Part shown: positions 9,846 to 18,256 of the stretch, in pieces
Position numbering within the stretch: the stretch's first letter is position 1
How the letters are laid out: every line of letters begins with the position of its first letter
Assembly: GCA_041750285.1 (NCBI GenBank)
Contig: JBGSZS010000021.1
Location: forward strand, 1-64,000
DNA length: 64,000 nt
Direction of reading: 5' to 3'
DNA from: Candidatus Fermentibacteraceae bacterium
GTDB taxonomy: Bacteria; Fermentibacterota; Fermentibacteria; Fermentibacterales; JCC-6
The notes under the pieces: generated by a model
What the model was told of the DNA's origin: nothing
Seen by the model: the letters and a program-made list of their open reading frames with translations, nothing else
Database searches by the model: none
Position numbers and translations under genes: made by a program

Positions 9846-10724
9846 ATGCCAGAGAACAGGATCACCCGCAGGAAATTCCTCGAGACCGCAGGGAAGCTGG
9901 GAAGCGCCGCCATCGTGTCATCGGTCGCTGGTGCCGCCGGCTTTGCACAGGAGCTCGAAGGGGTTGTCATGGATGGATTTTGGACGGGCGGGGCGTTTAG
10001 ACAGGACTGTGTCGACGCCTCGAATGAAAGCAGCGGAAACGTCAGGGCCAGGGTGGGCGGAACCTGGCGTGACTTCCGTCTCACCCCGCTCCCCGGGGCG
10101 TTCATGGAGTGGAACCTCAACTCCAGGCTGGAGATGCTGTCGGGACTGAGCGACCTGATGTCGGGCCGCGGGGGGGCTCCCCCGTCACTTTCAGGTCCGC
10201 ATAACGCTGCCATGGCCACACTTGGATACAGGCGGGATGACAGCATCCTGGAGGTGAACAACGCCTTCAAGGGAATGGGCCTTTGCCCGGCACGCGGTAT
10301 AATCCGTGACAGGATCACCGAGATGAACGGGACCATGCAGGCCCCCATGCCCGAGAAGCTGGCTTTCCTTCAGCGGATGTACTCCGACGCGGCCAACTTC
10401 GACCCGACCAAGCTCATCAGCCTCGAGCTCTACTCAACGCCCGAGTTCGAGACCCATACTTTCCTAAACCTCATGACCGAACCGGTGACCTCACTGGTGT
10501 TTCTCGACAGCCTCTCCTTCGAGGTCAGGGGAATTGGGCAGCTCGTGGATCACGATGATGGCGAGGCCGGTGAATACGCGAGAAGCATCGTGGAGTACAC
10601 GAACATCGCCCACTCCTATTTCCACGGTGACTTCCCACGCATGTTCCCCGGCATCCTTGTACACGTGGTCGAGGTGTTCGACAACACCCCCGGGACCGGC
10701 AGAGGGGTGTTGATATCCGGTTGA
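9846..10724 (+). CDS. Tat-signal protein, probable pyridoxamine-5'-phosphate-oxidase-like split barrel
   Basis: ITRRKFL twin-arginine, hydrophobic stretch and AGFA cleavage site; HTFLNL..P..SLVF...SFEVRG and VVEVFDNTPG recall PNPOx-like barrels; GGAG SD upstream. Confidence 0.6.
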   Translation: MPENRITRRKFLETAGKLGSAAIVSSVAGAAGFAQELEGVVMDGFWTGGAFRQDCVDASNESSGNVRARVGGTWRDFRLTPLPGAFMEWNLNSRLEMLSGLSDLMSGRGGAPPSLSGPHNAAMATLGYRRDDSILEVNNAFKGMGLCPARGIIRDRITEMNGTMQAPMPEKLAFLQRMYSDAANFDPTKLISLELYSTPEFETHTFLNLMTEPVTSLVFLDSLSFEVRGIGQLVDHDDGEAGEYARSIVEYTNIAHSYFHGDFPRMFPGILVHVVEVFDNTPGTGRGVLISG

Positions 10725-11362
10725 ACCCCCGACTCGTCATCTGTGACCTTGATGGAACGCTGATCGAGGGTTCAAGTGAAAGGGAGCTGCTTCTGATGCT
10801 GTTCCGGGAAGGGGTGCTCTCACCCGGAAAGCTCGCTTCATTCCTGTTCGCGTACCTTTCCCATCCGGCCCGGACCATGAGGGAGGGAAGGGCCTGGAAC
10901 CGGACCTACCTGAAGGGTCTTTCAGCGGAGACGGTCAACGGCGCAGCGGGCCGGCTGGCCGGGCGTCTGCAGCAAACGGTACGGCCGAGGGTTGTCGAAA
11001 TGCTCGATGAATACCGTCGCTCGGGCGTCGAGATCGCTCTTCTGTCAGCCTCGCTCGAGCCTCTGGTGCGGGAAATGGCTGCAGCAAACGGCTTCGGCCG
11101 CTTCAGGGGAAGCTTTCCCGAAGTGTCACGTGGGCTCTTTACCGGCAGGGTGTCGGGGTTTCGCCCCTGGGGCGCCGCCAAGGTGGAGGTCGCCTGGGAG
11201 ATGCTGCGGGATGCAGGGATCTCCCCCCATGAAACCGTTGCGATCGGTGACTCATATTCGGACCGGCACCTTTTCGGGCTGTGCGCCGGAGCGGTCGCAG
11301 TTCATCCCGGCAAGCGCCTGAAAGGACTGGCGAAGAAACGCGGCTGGAAGGTTCTGGAATGA
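10721..11362 (+). CDS. HAD-IB family hydrolase (SerB-like)
   Basis: DLDGTL motif I, LSAS motif II, K motif III, GDSYSD motif IV. Confidence 0.85.
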   Translation: MNPRLVICDLDGTLIEGSSERELLLMLFREGVLSPGKLASFLFAYLSHPARTMREGRAWNRTYLKGLSAETVNGAAGRLAGRLQQTVRPRVVEMLDEYRRSGVEIALLSASLEPLVREMAAANGFGRFRGSFPEVSRGLFTGRVSGFRPWGAAKVEVAWEMLRDAGISPHETVAIGDSYSDRHLFGLCAGAVAVHPGKRLKGLAKKRGWKVLE

Positions 11363-12318
11363 CTGTCAGGGCTCTGGGGGCATTCAGCGGCGGTCTGGAC
11401 GGGCTTCTTGCTTCCCGACTGCTCATGGATCAGGGGATAGAGGTTCACCTGGCAACCTTTGCCAGCCCCTTCTTCTCCTGTGTTCCCGGGCGTGAATGGG
11501 CATCGGTCCTTGGCGCACCCTGGCGAAGCATCGATTTCACCAGTGAGATATTCGATCTGGTAAACGACCCGCCATCGGGCTTCGGCAGCCACCTGAACCC
11601 GTGTGTGGACTGCCATGCCGCCATGTTCAGACGACTGTGGACAGTGGCCAGGGCGGAGGGGTTCCAGTTCATCTTCTCGGGCGAGGTTCTGGGCCAGCGC
11701 CCAATGAGCCAGAACCGGGGAAGCCTGAACCGGGTGAAGAACCTCTCGGAAACGGAAGGAGTGCTTCTCAGGCCTCTCTCAGCCCTTCTTCTCGAGCCGA
11801 CCGAGGCTGAACTGAAGGGTCTGGTGGACAGGTCCGGATTGCTGGGGCTCTCCGGGAGAAGCCGCAAACCCCAGATCGCGCTTGCCGGAAAGATGGGGTT
11901 CAAACGGATACCGGCGCCGGCGGGAGGCTGTCTGCTCACCGACCCCGGCTACTCCATGAGGCTGAAGGTCCTTATTGAACGGGACCTGTTCACCCCCGAA
12001 TCCGCCCGTGCGATCCGTTCGGGAAGGATGTTCGACCTTGGCTCCGCAGTGGCGCTGGTGGGAAGGTCTGACCATGACAACAGGGCTCTTTCCGAACGGT
12101 GCGCCGGAACCTTCCTGAAACTGCCAGACATCCCGGGTCCCCTCGGCCTGCTTCTCGGCCCCCGGTCGCAGTCGAACCTCCTGAGCCTCGCAAGGCTCAT
12201 GGCCCTCTACACAAGGGGAGGCAAACCCGTCAGGGCCGTGACGGATGACGGTGAGGAAATATCCGCCGAGCCGTTTTCCCCGGAAGAGGCCGAAAAACTC
12301 GTCATCAGGCTTCCCTGA
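11359..12318 (+). CDS. PP-loop tRNA sulfurtransferase (ThiI/MnmA-related)
   Basis: FSGGLDG PP-loop, NPCVDCH, GEVLGQRPMSQ, LRPLSA, PAGGCLLTDP; ATGA coupling at 11359. Confidence 0.8.
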   Translation: MTVRALGAFSGGLDGLLASRLLMDQGIEVHLATFASPFFSCVPGREWASVLGAPWRSIDFTSEIFDLVNDPPSGFGSHLNPCVDCHAAMFRRLWTVARAEGFQFIFSGEVLGQRPMSQNRGSLNRVKNLSETEGVLLRPLSALLLEPTEAELKGLVDRSGLLGLSGRSRKPQIALAGKMGFKRIPAPAGGCLLTDPGYSMRLKVLIERDLFTPESARAIRSGRMFDLGSAVALVGRSDHDNRALSERCAGTFLKLPDIPGPLGLLLGPRSQSNLLSLARLMALYTRGGKPVRAVTDDGEEISAEPFSPEEAEKLVIRLP

Positions 12319-12341
12319 AAGATGTGCTTCAGGTTCAGGGG

Positions 12342-12379
12342 TTGACGCCTGAAGAATAGTGGTATTATGGTACCACTAT
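12342..12379 (+). promoter_or_regulatory. Sigma70-type promoter with palindromic operator ATAGTGGTA-N6-TACCACTAT
   Basis: TTGACG at 12342-12347; -10 candidates TATTAT 12363-12368 or TATGGT 12366-12371; perfect 9-bp inverted repeat at 12356-12364 and 12371-12379. Confidence 0.75.
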
Positions 12380-12408
12380 ACTTGAATACACTTGAACGGG
12401 GAGGCGGC

Positions 12409-12834
12409 ATGGCAGGAGTTCTCAAGTTTTCCGAGGCGGCATCCATTGCCATCCACGGGCTGATCCTGATGGCGGGAGCGGGAAACGCTCCGGTCACCAG
12501 CAGGGAGATATCCGAATCATTCGGTGTGAGTGAGAATCACACACGCAAGGTCATGCAGAGACTGGCAAGGGCCGGCCTGATCACTTCGGTGAGGGGTCCG
12601 GGCGGGGGGCACAAGATCGATCGTGATCACCGCTGCATAACCCTTCTCGACGCGTACGAAGCCATAGACGGCCCCCTGGGCACCGAGACCTGTCTCTTTC
12701 AGAAGAGCCGCTGCCCTGCTGAAAGCTGCCTGCTCGGCGGGATGCTGTCGGAGGTCGACATGGTTGTCAGACGGCACCTGGGCGGAACCACTCTGGCGGA
12801 TTTCGCCAACGGATTTGGAAGGAGGGGAGCATGA
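12409..12834 (+). CDS. Rrf2-family transcriptional regulator with three C-terminal Cys (Fe-S)
   Basis: wHTH SVRGPGGG, ITLLD.YEAIDG, C-x6-C-x4-C; GGAGG SD before ATG 12409. Confidence 0.9.
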   Translation: MAGVLKFSEAASIAIHGLILMAGAGNAPVTSREISESFGVSENHTRKVMQRLARAGLITSVRGPGGGHKIDRDHRCITLLDAYEAIDGPLGTETCLFQKSRCPAESCLLGGMLSEVDMVVRRHLGGTTLADFANGFGRRGA

Positions 12835-13466
12835 AACGCAGCATCGTCCACATCGACGAGGAAAAGTGCGACGGTTGCGGCCTGTGTGTGCCGGGATGCG
12901 CGGAGGGAGCCCTCGCCGTGATCGACGGAAAGGCAAGGCTCGTTAAGGAGAGCTACTGTGACGGGCTGGGGGCCTGTCTCGGAGTCTGCCCGCAGGATGC
13001 CATCACGGTCACGGAACGCGACGCGGAACCATTCAATGCTGAGGAGATCTCCACCCACTCCTGCCCGGGGTCCATGGTTCGGACCCCTTCGGACAATGCA
13101 GTTCCCGGGATTGGGCAATGGCCTGTCCAACTTCGTCTTGTGCCCGCAAACGCTCCGTTCTGGAGGAACGCCGACCTGCTGCTGGCCGCTGACTGCGTCC
13201 CCCCGACCTTTCCCGGATTTCACGACGCCCTTCTGCGGGGAAGAAGGCTGATAATCGCCTGCCCGAAGCTGGATGACACTTCGGGCTACCTTGAAAAACT
13301 CGCACAGATACTGGCCGCCAACGACATAAGGAGCCTCACCGTGGCCATCATGGAAGTTCCCTGCTGCTCGGGGCTCGAACGGCTCGCAAGGAGTGCCCTG
13401 AAAGCTTCCGGCAAAGAGATTCCAATCAGCGTGATCACCATTGGCGTCGACGGACGCCTGAAATGA
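12831..13466 (+). CDS. 4Fe-4S dicluster protein (hcp-associated type)
   Basis: CDGCGLC..GC, CDGLGAC..VCP, QWPVQL, AADC, IACPKLD, MEVPCC. Confidence 0.85.
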   Translation: MKRSIVHIDEEKCDGCGLCVPGCAEGALAVIDGKARLVKESYCDGLGACLGVCPQDAITVTERDAEPFNAEEISTHSCPGSMVRTPSDNAVPGIGQWPVQLRLVPANAPFWRNADLLLAADCVPPTFPGFHDALLRGRRLIIACPKLDDTSGYLEKLAQILAANDIRSLTVAIMEVPCCSGLERLARSALKASGKEIPISVITIGVDGRLK

Positions 13467-13480
13467 AAGGGGAGAACAAA

Positions 13481-15130
13481 ATGGACATGTTCTGCTACCA
13501 GTGCGAACAGACGGCCAAAGGTACGGGCTGCTCGGTCATGGGGATCTGCGGCAAGGACTCATCCACCGCAACGCTTCAGGACCTTCTGCTTCACATCACA
13601 AAGGGGCTCGGAGTGTACGCCCACAGGGCGAGGGAACTGGGTTCAACCGATCCTGAGGTCAACGCCGTAACCTCCGAGGCTCTGTTCACGACCATCACCA
13701 ACGTGAACTTCCATCCCGAGCGGGTCGCAGAAGTGATTGAAAAGGCCGTGAACGCCAGGGAAAAGGCTCGGAAGATGTACGAAACGGCCTGCGGGAAGGC
13801 CGGGATCGGGGTCTTGCCTGTCCCTCCGCACGCTGTTTTCACCCCGGCGGCCTCCGTGAAGGGGATGATCGAACAGGGAAGGACCATCGGCATCCCGGTC
13901 CGCAGGGAAAAGTACGGAGATGACGCCGCCGGCCTTCAGGAACTTCTCACCTACGGTCTGAAGGGCGCCGCGGCATACATGGACCACGCAAACGTTCTGT
14001 GCATGACCGATGACACCGTGGTCGCTTTCTTCCACAAGGCCCTCGAGGCGCTGGCCCGGGAGGAGGATGATCTGAACATCCTGACCGGGCTGTGCCTCGA
14101 ATGCGGCAAGGCAAACCTCGGAGCAATGAAGCTGCTGGATGAAGCCAACACCGGAACCTACGGCCATCCCGAGCCCACCAGGGTCCGAATCACCCCGATC
14201 GCCGGAAAGGCCATACTTGTCTCCGGTCATGACCTCAAGGACCTCGAAATGATCCTCAAACAGACCGAGGGGCTGGGTATAAACGTCTACACCCACGGCG
14301 AGATGCTGCCGTGCAATGCCTATCCCGGCCTGAAAAAGTTCCCGCACCTTGCGGGGAACTACGGCGGTGCCTGGCAGGACCAGCAGAAGGAGTTCGACAG
14401 CTTCCCGGGCGCCATACTGATGACCACCAACTGCATCCAGAAGCCCCGCGACACATACATCGACAGGATTTTCACGACCGGCCTGGTGGCATTTCCCGGC
14501 GTGACCCATCTGGGTGACAAGAACTTCAAGCCGGTCATCGATGCCGCCCTGGCAGCCCCCGGCTTCGCGGAGAGCGAGCCCGAAAGGTTCATCACCGTCG
14601 GCTTCGGCAGGAACGCCGTGATGTCGGTTGCCGGGACCGTCATCGACGCGGTGAAATCAGGCGCCATACGTCACTTCTTCCTTGTTGGCGGATGCGACGG
14701 GGCGAAGAGCGGCAGAAACTACTACACCGATTTCGCCAGGGCCGTCCCCGACGATTGCGTCATCCTCACGCTGGCCTGCGGAAAATACCGCTTCAACAAG
14801 CTTGAGTTCGGGGACATCGGCGGCATCCCCAGACTTCTCGACATGGGGCAGTGCAACGACGCCTACTCGGCGATCGTGGTGGCATCGGCCCTTGCGGAGG
14901 CCTTCGGTGTGGGAGTGAACGACCTTCCGCTAAGCATGATCCTCTCGTGGTACGAACAGAAGGCGGTGGCAATCCTGCTCACGCTCCTGCACCTCGGCAT
15001 AAGGAACATCAAGCTGGGTCCGAGCCTTCCAGCCTGCCTCACACCAGCGACACTCGGCGTTCTCGTGAACACGTTCGGCATCGCTCCGGTGACCACGGCT
15101 GAACAGGATCTGAAGGAGATACTGGGGTAG
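13481..15130 (+). CDS. hcp: Hybrid-cluster protein (hydroxylamine/NO reductase), class I
   Basis: MFCYQCEQT..GC...G.CGK, SGHDL, YTHGEMLP, TTNC, GGCDG, GQCNDAY, SWYEQKA. Confidence 0.97.
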   Translation: MDMFCYQCEQTAKGTGCSVMGICGKDSSTATLQDLLLHITKGLGVYAHRARELGSTDPEVNAVTSEALFTTITNVNFHPERVAEVIEKAVNAREKARKMYETACGKAGIGVLPVPPHAVFTPAASVKGMIEQGRTIGIPVRREKYGDDAAGLQELLTYGLKGAAAYMDHANVLCMTDDTVVAFFHKALEALAREEDDLNILTGLCLECGKANLGAMKLLDEANTGTYGHPEPTRVRITPIAGKAILVSGHDLKDLEMILKQTEGLGINVYTHGEMLPCNAYPGLKKFPHLAGNYGGAWQDQQKEFDSFPGAILMTTNCIQKPRDTYIDRIFTTGLVAFPGVTHLGDKNFKPVIDAALAAPGFAESEPERFITVGFGRNAVMSVAGTVIDAVKSGAIRHFFLVGGCDGAKSGRNYYTDFARAVPDDCVILTLACGKYRFNKLEFGDIGGIPRLLDMGQCNDAYSAIVVASALAEAFGVGVNDLPLSMILSWYEQKAVAILLTLLHLGIRNIKLGPSLPACLTPATLGVLVNTFGIAPVTTAEQDLKEILG

Positions 15131-15149
15131 ACACGTCCTGAATCTTACG

Positions 15150-15179
15150 GGGGACGGATCCCGAAAGGGTTCCGTCCCC
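15150..15179. terminator. Strong hairpin between convergent genes, probable bidirectional terminator
   Basis: GGGGACGGA-TCCC-GAAA-GGGT-TCCGTCCCC. Confidence 0.75.
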
Positions 15180-15184
15180 TGTCT

Positions 15185-16213
15185 TCAGGTGATCAGTTCG
15201 TATATGGCCCTGTAATCCCTCTGCGCGCTGAAGAGGATGGGGATGTCAGTGAACTCGGACAGCTCCCGGAGCGCCAGGGGAGAGCTTGAGCAGACCCCGC
15301 TTATGGCTGCCGGAACAAGCCCGAACCTCTCCTTGAGCACCCTGACCCCCCCGATGGCTCCGAAGGCGTCCTGGGCGCAGAACACCACCTTGTGTATCCT
15401 GCTCAGAACCAGCGGGTTCTGAAGAAGCATGGCGGTTTCCCTCTGAAGGATTCCGTCGGCGAACTCGACAACGAGGTAGTTTGCCGGGTTGTTGCCGTAC
15501 TTGAGGTCGATGGTTGTGAAGATGTTCATCAGCTCGGCTTCGGAGAGCATGTACGTGGTGGGGTGCCCGAGGTATGTGAAGTCGGCCACATGGTCGGCGC
15601 CGTTGTCCTGCATGAGCAGGATGTCTTTGTGGCAGGCGGTTCCCGTCACCTTGGCAGCTCTGACCTTTTTGCCCACCGATGTGAGGGCGTAACAGCAGGC
15701 CGCAGCCGCATGGCTTTTACCGCTGTTCATGCTGGTGCCGACGCACAGGATCAGCCTGGCCCTGCGTCCGCCCTCCCTCATGGTCCTTCTGGGTGTGAGA
15801 AGGTTTCCCCGCCGGGTGTTGAGTATCTCTCCGGCTGCATCGCAAACGTAACCCTGTAGCCTGACCCGTGTGGGGTCGCCGATCCTGTCGTTCCTGTGGA
15901 CAGCGTTACCGACGATTCCGCTCTGGGCGATCAGATCGACCTCATCCTGCCACTGGTCGGGAACGAACGCCTCATAGTAGTCGGGCGCGTAGCGGTTTCC
16001 GAAGACGAATATCGAGTGTGTCCTGTCATTCAGGGCGTGAAGCCTGCTTGAGACGCTTTCGAGAAGTCTGTGCTGACCCAGGCTGTTGACCTCGCCGAAC
16101 ACCAGATCACCAACCTCGGGAGCCTTCTCGAACCTGTGGTAACTGCGGATTCGCGCGTGGGGAATCGTGAATGCCGCGCTGGGAATGATGCACTTCTGAC
16201 GGATTCGGTGCAT
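15185..16213 (-). CDS. DUF1611-like P-loop protein
   Basis: VGTSMNSGKS P-loop, AAKVTGT, D...G.P.TY, VVEFADGILQRET; GGAGG SD. Confidence 0.7.
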   Translation of the reverse strand: MHRIRQKCIIPSAAFTIPHARIRSYHRFEKAPEVGDLVFGEVNSLGQHRLLESVSSRLHALNDRTHSIFVFGNRYAPDYYEAFVPDQWQDEVDLIAQSGIVGNAVHRNDRIGDPTRVRLQGYVCDAAGEILNTRRGNLLTPRRTMREGGRRARLILCVGTSMNSGKSHAAAACCYALTSVGKKVRAAKVTGTACHKDILLMQDNGADHVADFTYLGHPTTYMLSEAELMNIFTTIDLKYGNNPANYLVVEFADGILQRETAMLLQNPLVLSRIHKVVFCAQDAFGAIGGVRVLKERFGLVPAAISGVCSSSPLALRELSEFTDIPILFSAQRDYRAIYELIT

Positions 16214-16359
16214 TGCAGCCTCCCGGGCTTTAGGCGGGGTTTTCCGCCTGACGGGGCGATTATACGAAAACCCGCGGATTCGTCATGGAGCACACCGAAC
16301 TTGACGATTCGAAAAGGGGCACTATTTTTGTCCGGCTCGTTCAACAGGGAGGTACATAC

Positions 16360-16389
16360 ATGATTTTCGGAGGCAGTCGCCTTTCCTAG
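16360..16389 (+). CDS. Putative 9-aa leader peptide MIFGGSRLS upstream of ABC exporter operon
   Basis: AGGGAGGT SD six bases before ATG; downstream of a TTGACG(16301)/TATTTT(16323) promoter candidate; followed by a GC hairpin and pyrimidine tract. Confidence 0.45.
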   Translation: MIFGGSRLS

Positions 16390-16462
16390 GGCTGTTCGGC
16401 CCCCTTTCCTCCATGTCGGTGTACCATTTTCCCCATGACCTTGTTCGAACGGAGTTTGTCCC

Positions 16463-18256
16463 ATGCCCCCCTATCTTGAAGAATTCGAAGACGAAGACCC
16501 AAAGGCTCGAACCGGGTCCCTGGCACTTCTTCGCAAGTTCGCACCCCTCATACTCCCCCACTGGCCCCAGTTCACCCTTTCGGTTTTCCTGCTGCTTCTT
16601 GCCATAGCGGGGGAGCTTGCCGGACCCCTTATCCTCAGGCTGGTGATAGATGAGGCTGTGCCGTCCCGCGACGCAGGAGCGATCATCCGCTACTCCCTGA
16701 TGTTCGCGGGAATCTTTGGAGCCACCATGGGTTTCGCCTACCTTCAGGTGATCCTGGCTGCAAAGATCGGGCTTTCCGTGGTGAGGGACCTGAAGAGGCA
16801 GCTCTTCGACCATGTGCTGACGCTGTCCATGGCATACTTCAACAGGAACCCGTCGGGAAGGCTCATGGCCAGGGTGGAAAGCGACGCCGAACGCGTACGC
16901 ATGCTCTTCAGTGAAACCAGCATGGCGCTTCTGCGCAACGCCGCCATGGTGATGGGCACAGTGGTCGTCATGCTGCTGGCCGACCCTGTCATAACCTACA
17001 AGGTGATGCTTATCGTCCTTCCCGCGGCCCTCCTGTCAATCCCCGTGCTCAGGAAGATGCGGGTCCTGTGGGGAGACCTGCGCAAGTCCTACGCCTCGAT
17101 CTCGGGCTCGGTTGCGGAGTTCGTCCGGGCGGTGCCCGTGATGCAGGTCTTCGGCACCACGGGGTATGCCAGAACCAGGATCCACCGGCTGGGAATGCTC
17201 TTCGTGAAGAGGGAGATAAGGGCCACCATCTGGGACTACGGCTTCTGGAGCTTTCTGGGCGCCCTGGAGATAGCGGCCGTCGCCGTCATACTCACTGCGG
17301 GACGGCCGGGTGTGGTTGCCGGCACGGTCACCGTGGGCACCGTTGTTCTTTTCGTCGAGTACACCCGCAGACTCTTCGGACCCCTGGTGATGTTCGGAGA
17401 AACGCTGAATCAGATGCAGCGGGCACTCGCCTCCGGTGACAGGCTCATGGAACTCATCCACACCGAAACCCTCACGCCGGACGGGCATCTGGGTCCCGAG
17501 CTTCTCTCGAAGGGATGGTCCGAGATCAGGTTCGAGGATGTCTGGTTCAGCTACTCGGGCGAGGACTGGGTCATCCGGGGGCTATCCTTCTCCATTCGCA
17601 GGGGCGAGACGGTGGCACTGGTGGGAGACTCGGGAGGCGGAAAGAGCACCCTCGTGGCCCTGCTTCTGCGGTTCTATCACCCGGTGCGCGGAAGGATAAC
17701 GATAGACGGCACCGACATCAGGGAATTCACTCTCGACGCGTGGAGGAGCAGGATCGGGCTGGTCCTGCAGGAAGTCAACCTGTTCTCCGGCACACTTTCC
17801 GGAAACCTTACCGTTTTCGATCCGTCTGTGGGAAAGGCCGAACAGGAGGAGGCCCTCGGGCAGATCGAGGCGCTTGAACTTCTGGAGAGGATCCCGGGCG
17901 GGCTTGACGGCGAGATAAGCGAGGGCGGAGTCAACCTTTCCATGGGCCAGCGCCAGCTCGTGAACATCGCCAGGGCAGTCCTTAGAAAGCCCGACATCCT
18001 GGTTCTGGACGAAGCCACATCCTCGGTTGATCCCGGAACGGAGAAGAAACTGCAACGCGCCACCGACCTTGCCCTCTCGGGACGAACGGCCCTTGTTGTC
18101 GCCCACAGGCTTTCCACGATCATCCACGCGGACAGGATCCTCGTCATCAGGGGCGGCCTTCTCGCAGAACAGGGAACCCATGCTGAGCTCATGAGCCAGG
18201 CGGGAGTCTACGCATCCCTCTTCACCCTGCAGTTCGGAGGTGAGGAAAGTGCGTGA
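16463..18256 (+). CDS. ABC exporter half-transporter (MdlB/BmrD-like, canonical Walker B)
   Basis: TM domain plus GDSGGGKST, LSMGQRQL, LVLDEATS, AHRLST. Confidence 0.92.
   Translation: MPPYLEEFEDEDPKARTGSLALLRKFAPLILPHWPQFTLSVFLLLLAIAGELAGPLILRLVIDEAVPSRDAGAIIRYSLMFAGIFGATMGFAYLQVILAAKIGLSVVRDLKRQLFDHVLTLSMAYFNRNPSGRLMARVESDAERVRMLFSETSMALLRNAAMVMGTVVVMLLADPVITYKVMLIVLPAALLSIPVLRKMRVLWGDLRKSYASISGSVAEFVRAVPVMQVFGTTGYARTRIHRLGMLFVKREIRATIWDYGFWSFLGALEIAAVAVILTAGRPGVVAGTVTVGTVVLFVEYTRRLFGPLVMFGETLNQMQRALASGDRLMELIHTETLTPDGHLGPELLSKGWSEIRFEDVWFSYSGEDWVIRGLSFSIRRGETVALVGDSGGGKSTLVALLLRFYHPVRGRITIDGTDIREFTLDAWRSRIGLVLQEVNLFSGTLSGNLTVFDPSVGKAEQEEALGQIEALELLERIPGGLDGEISEGGVNLSMGQRQLVNIARAVLRKPDILVLDEATSSVDPGTEKKLQRATDLALSGRTALVVAHRLSTIIHADRILVIRGGLLAEQGTHAELMSQAGVYASLFTLQFGGEESA

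Noticed and set aside
16214..16300. Cyclic-di-GMP or other riboswitch upstream of the DUF1611-like gene
   Set aside because: Only one short hairpin fits between the -10 and the SD; I could not match the conserved motifs of any riboswitch I know.
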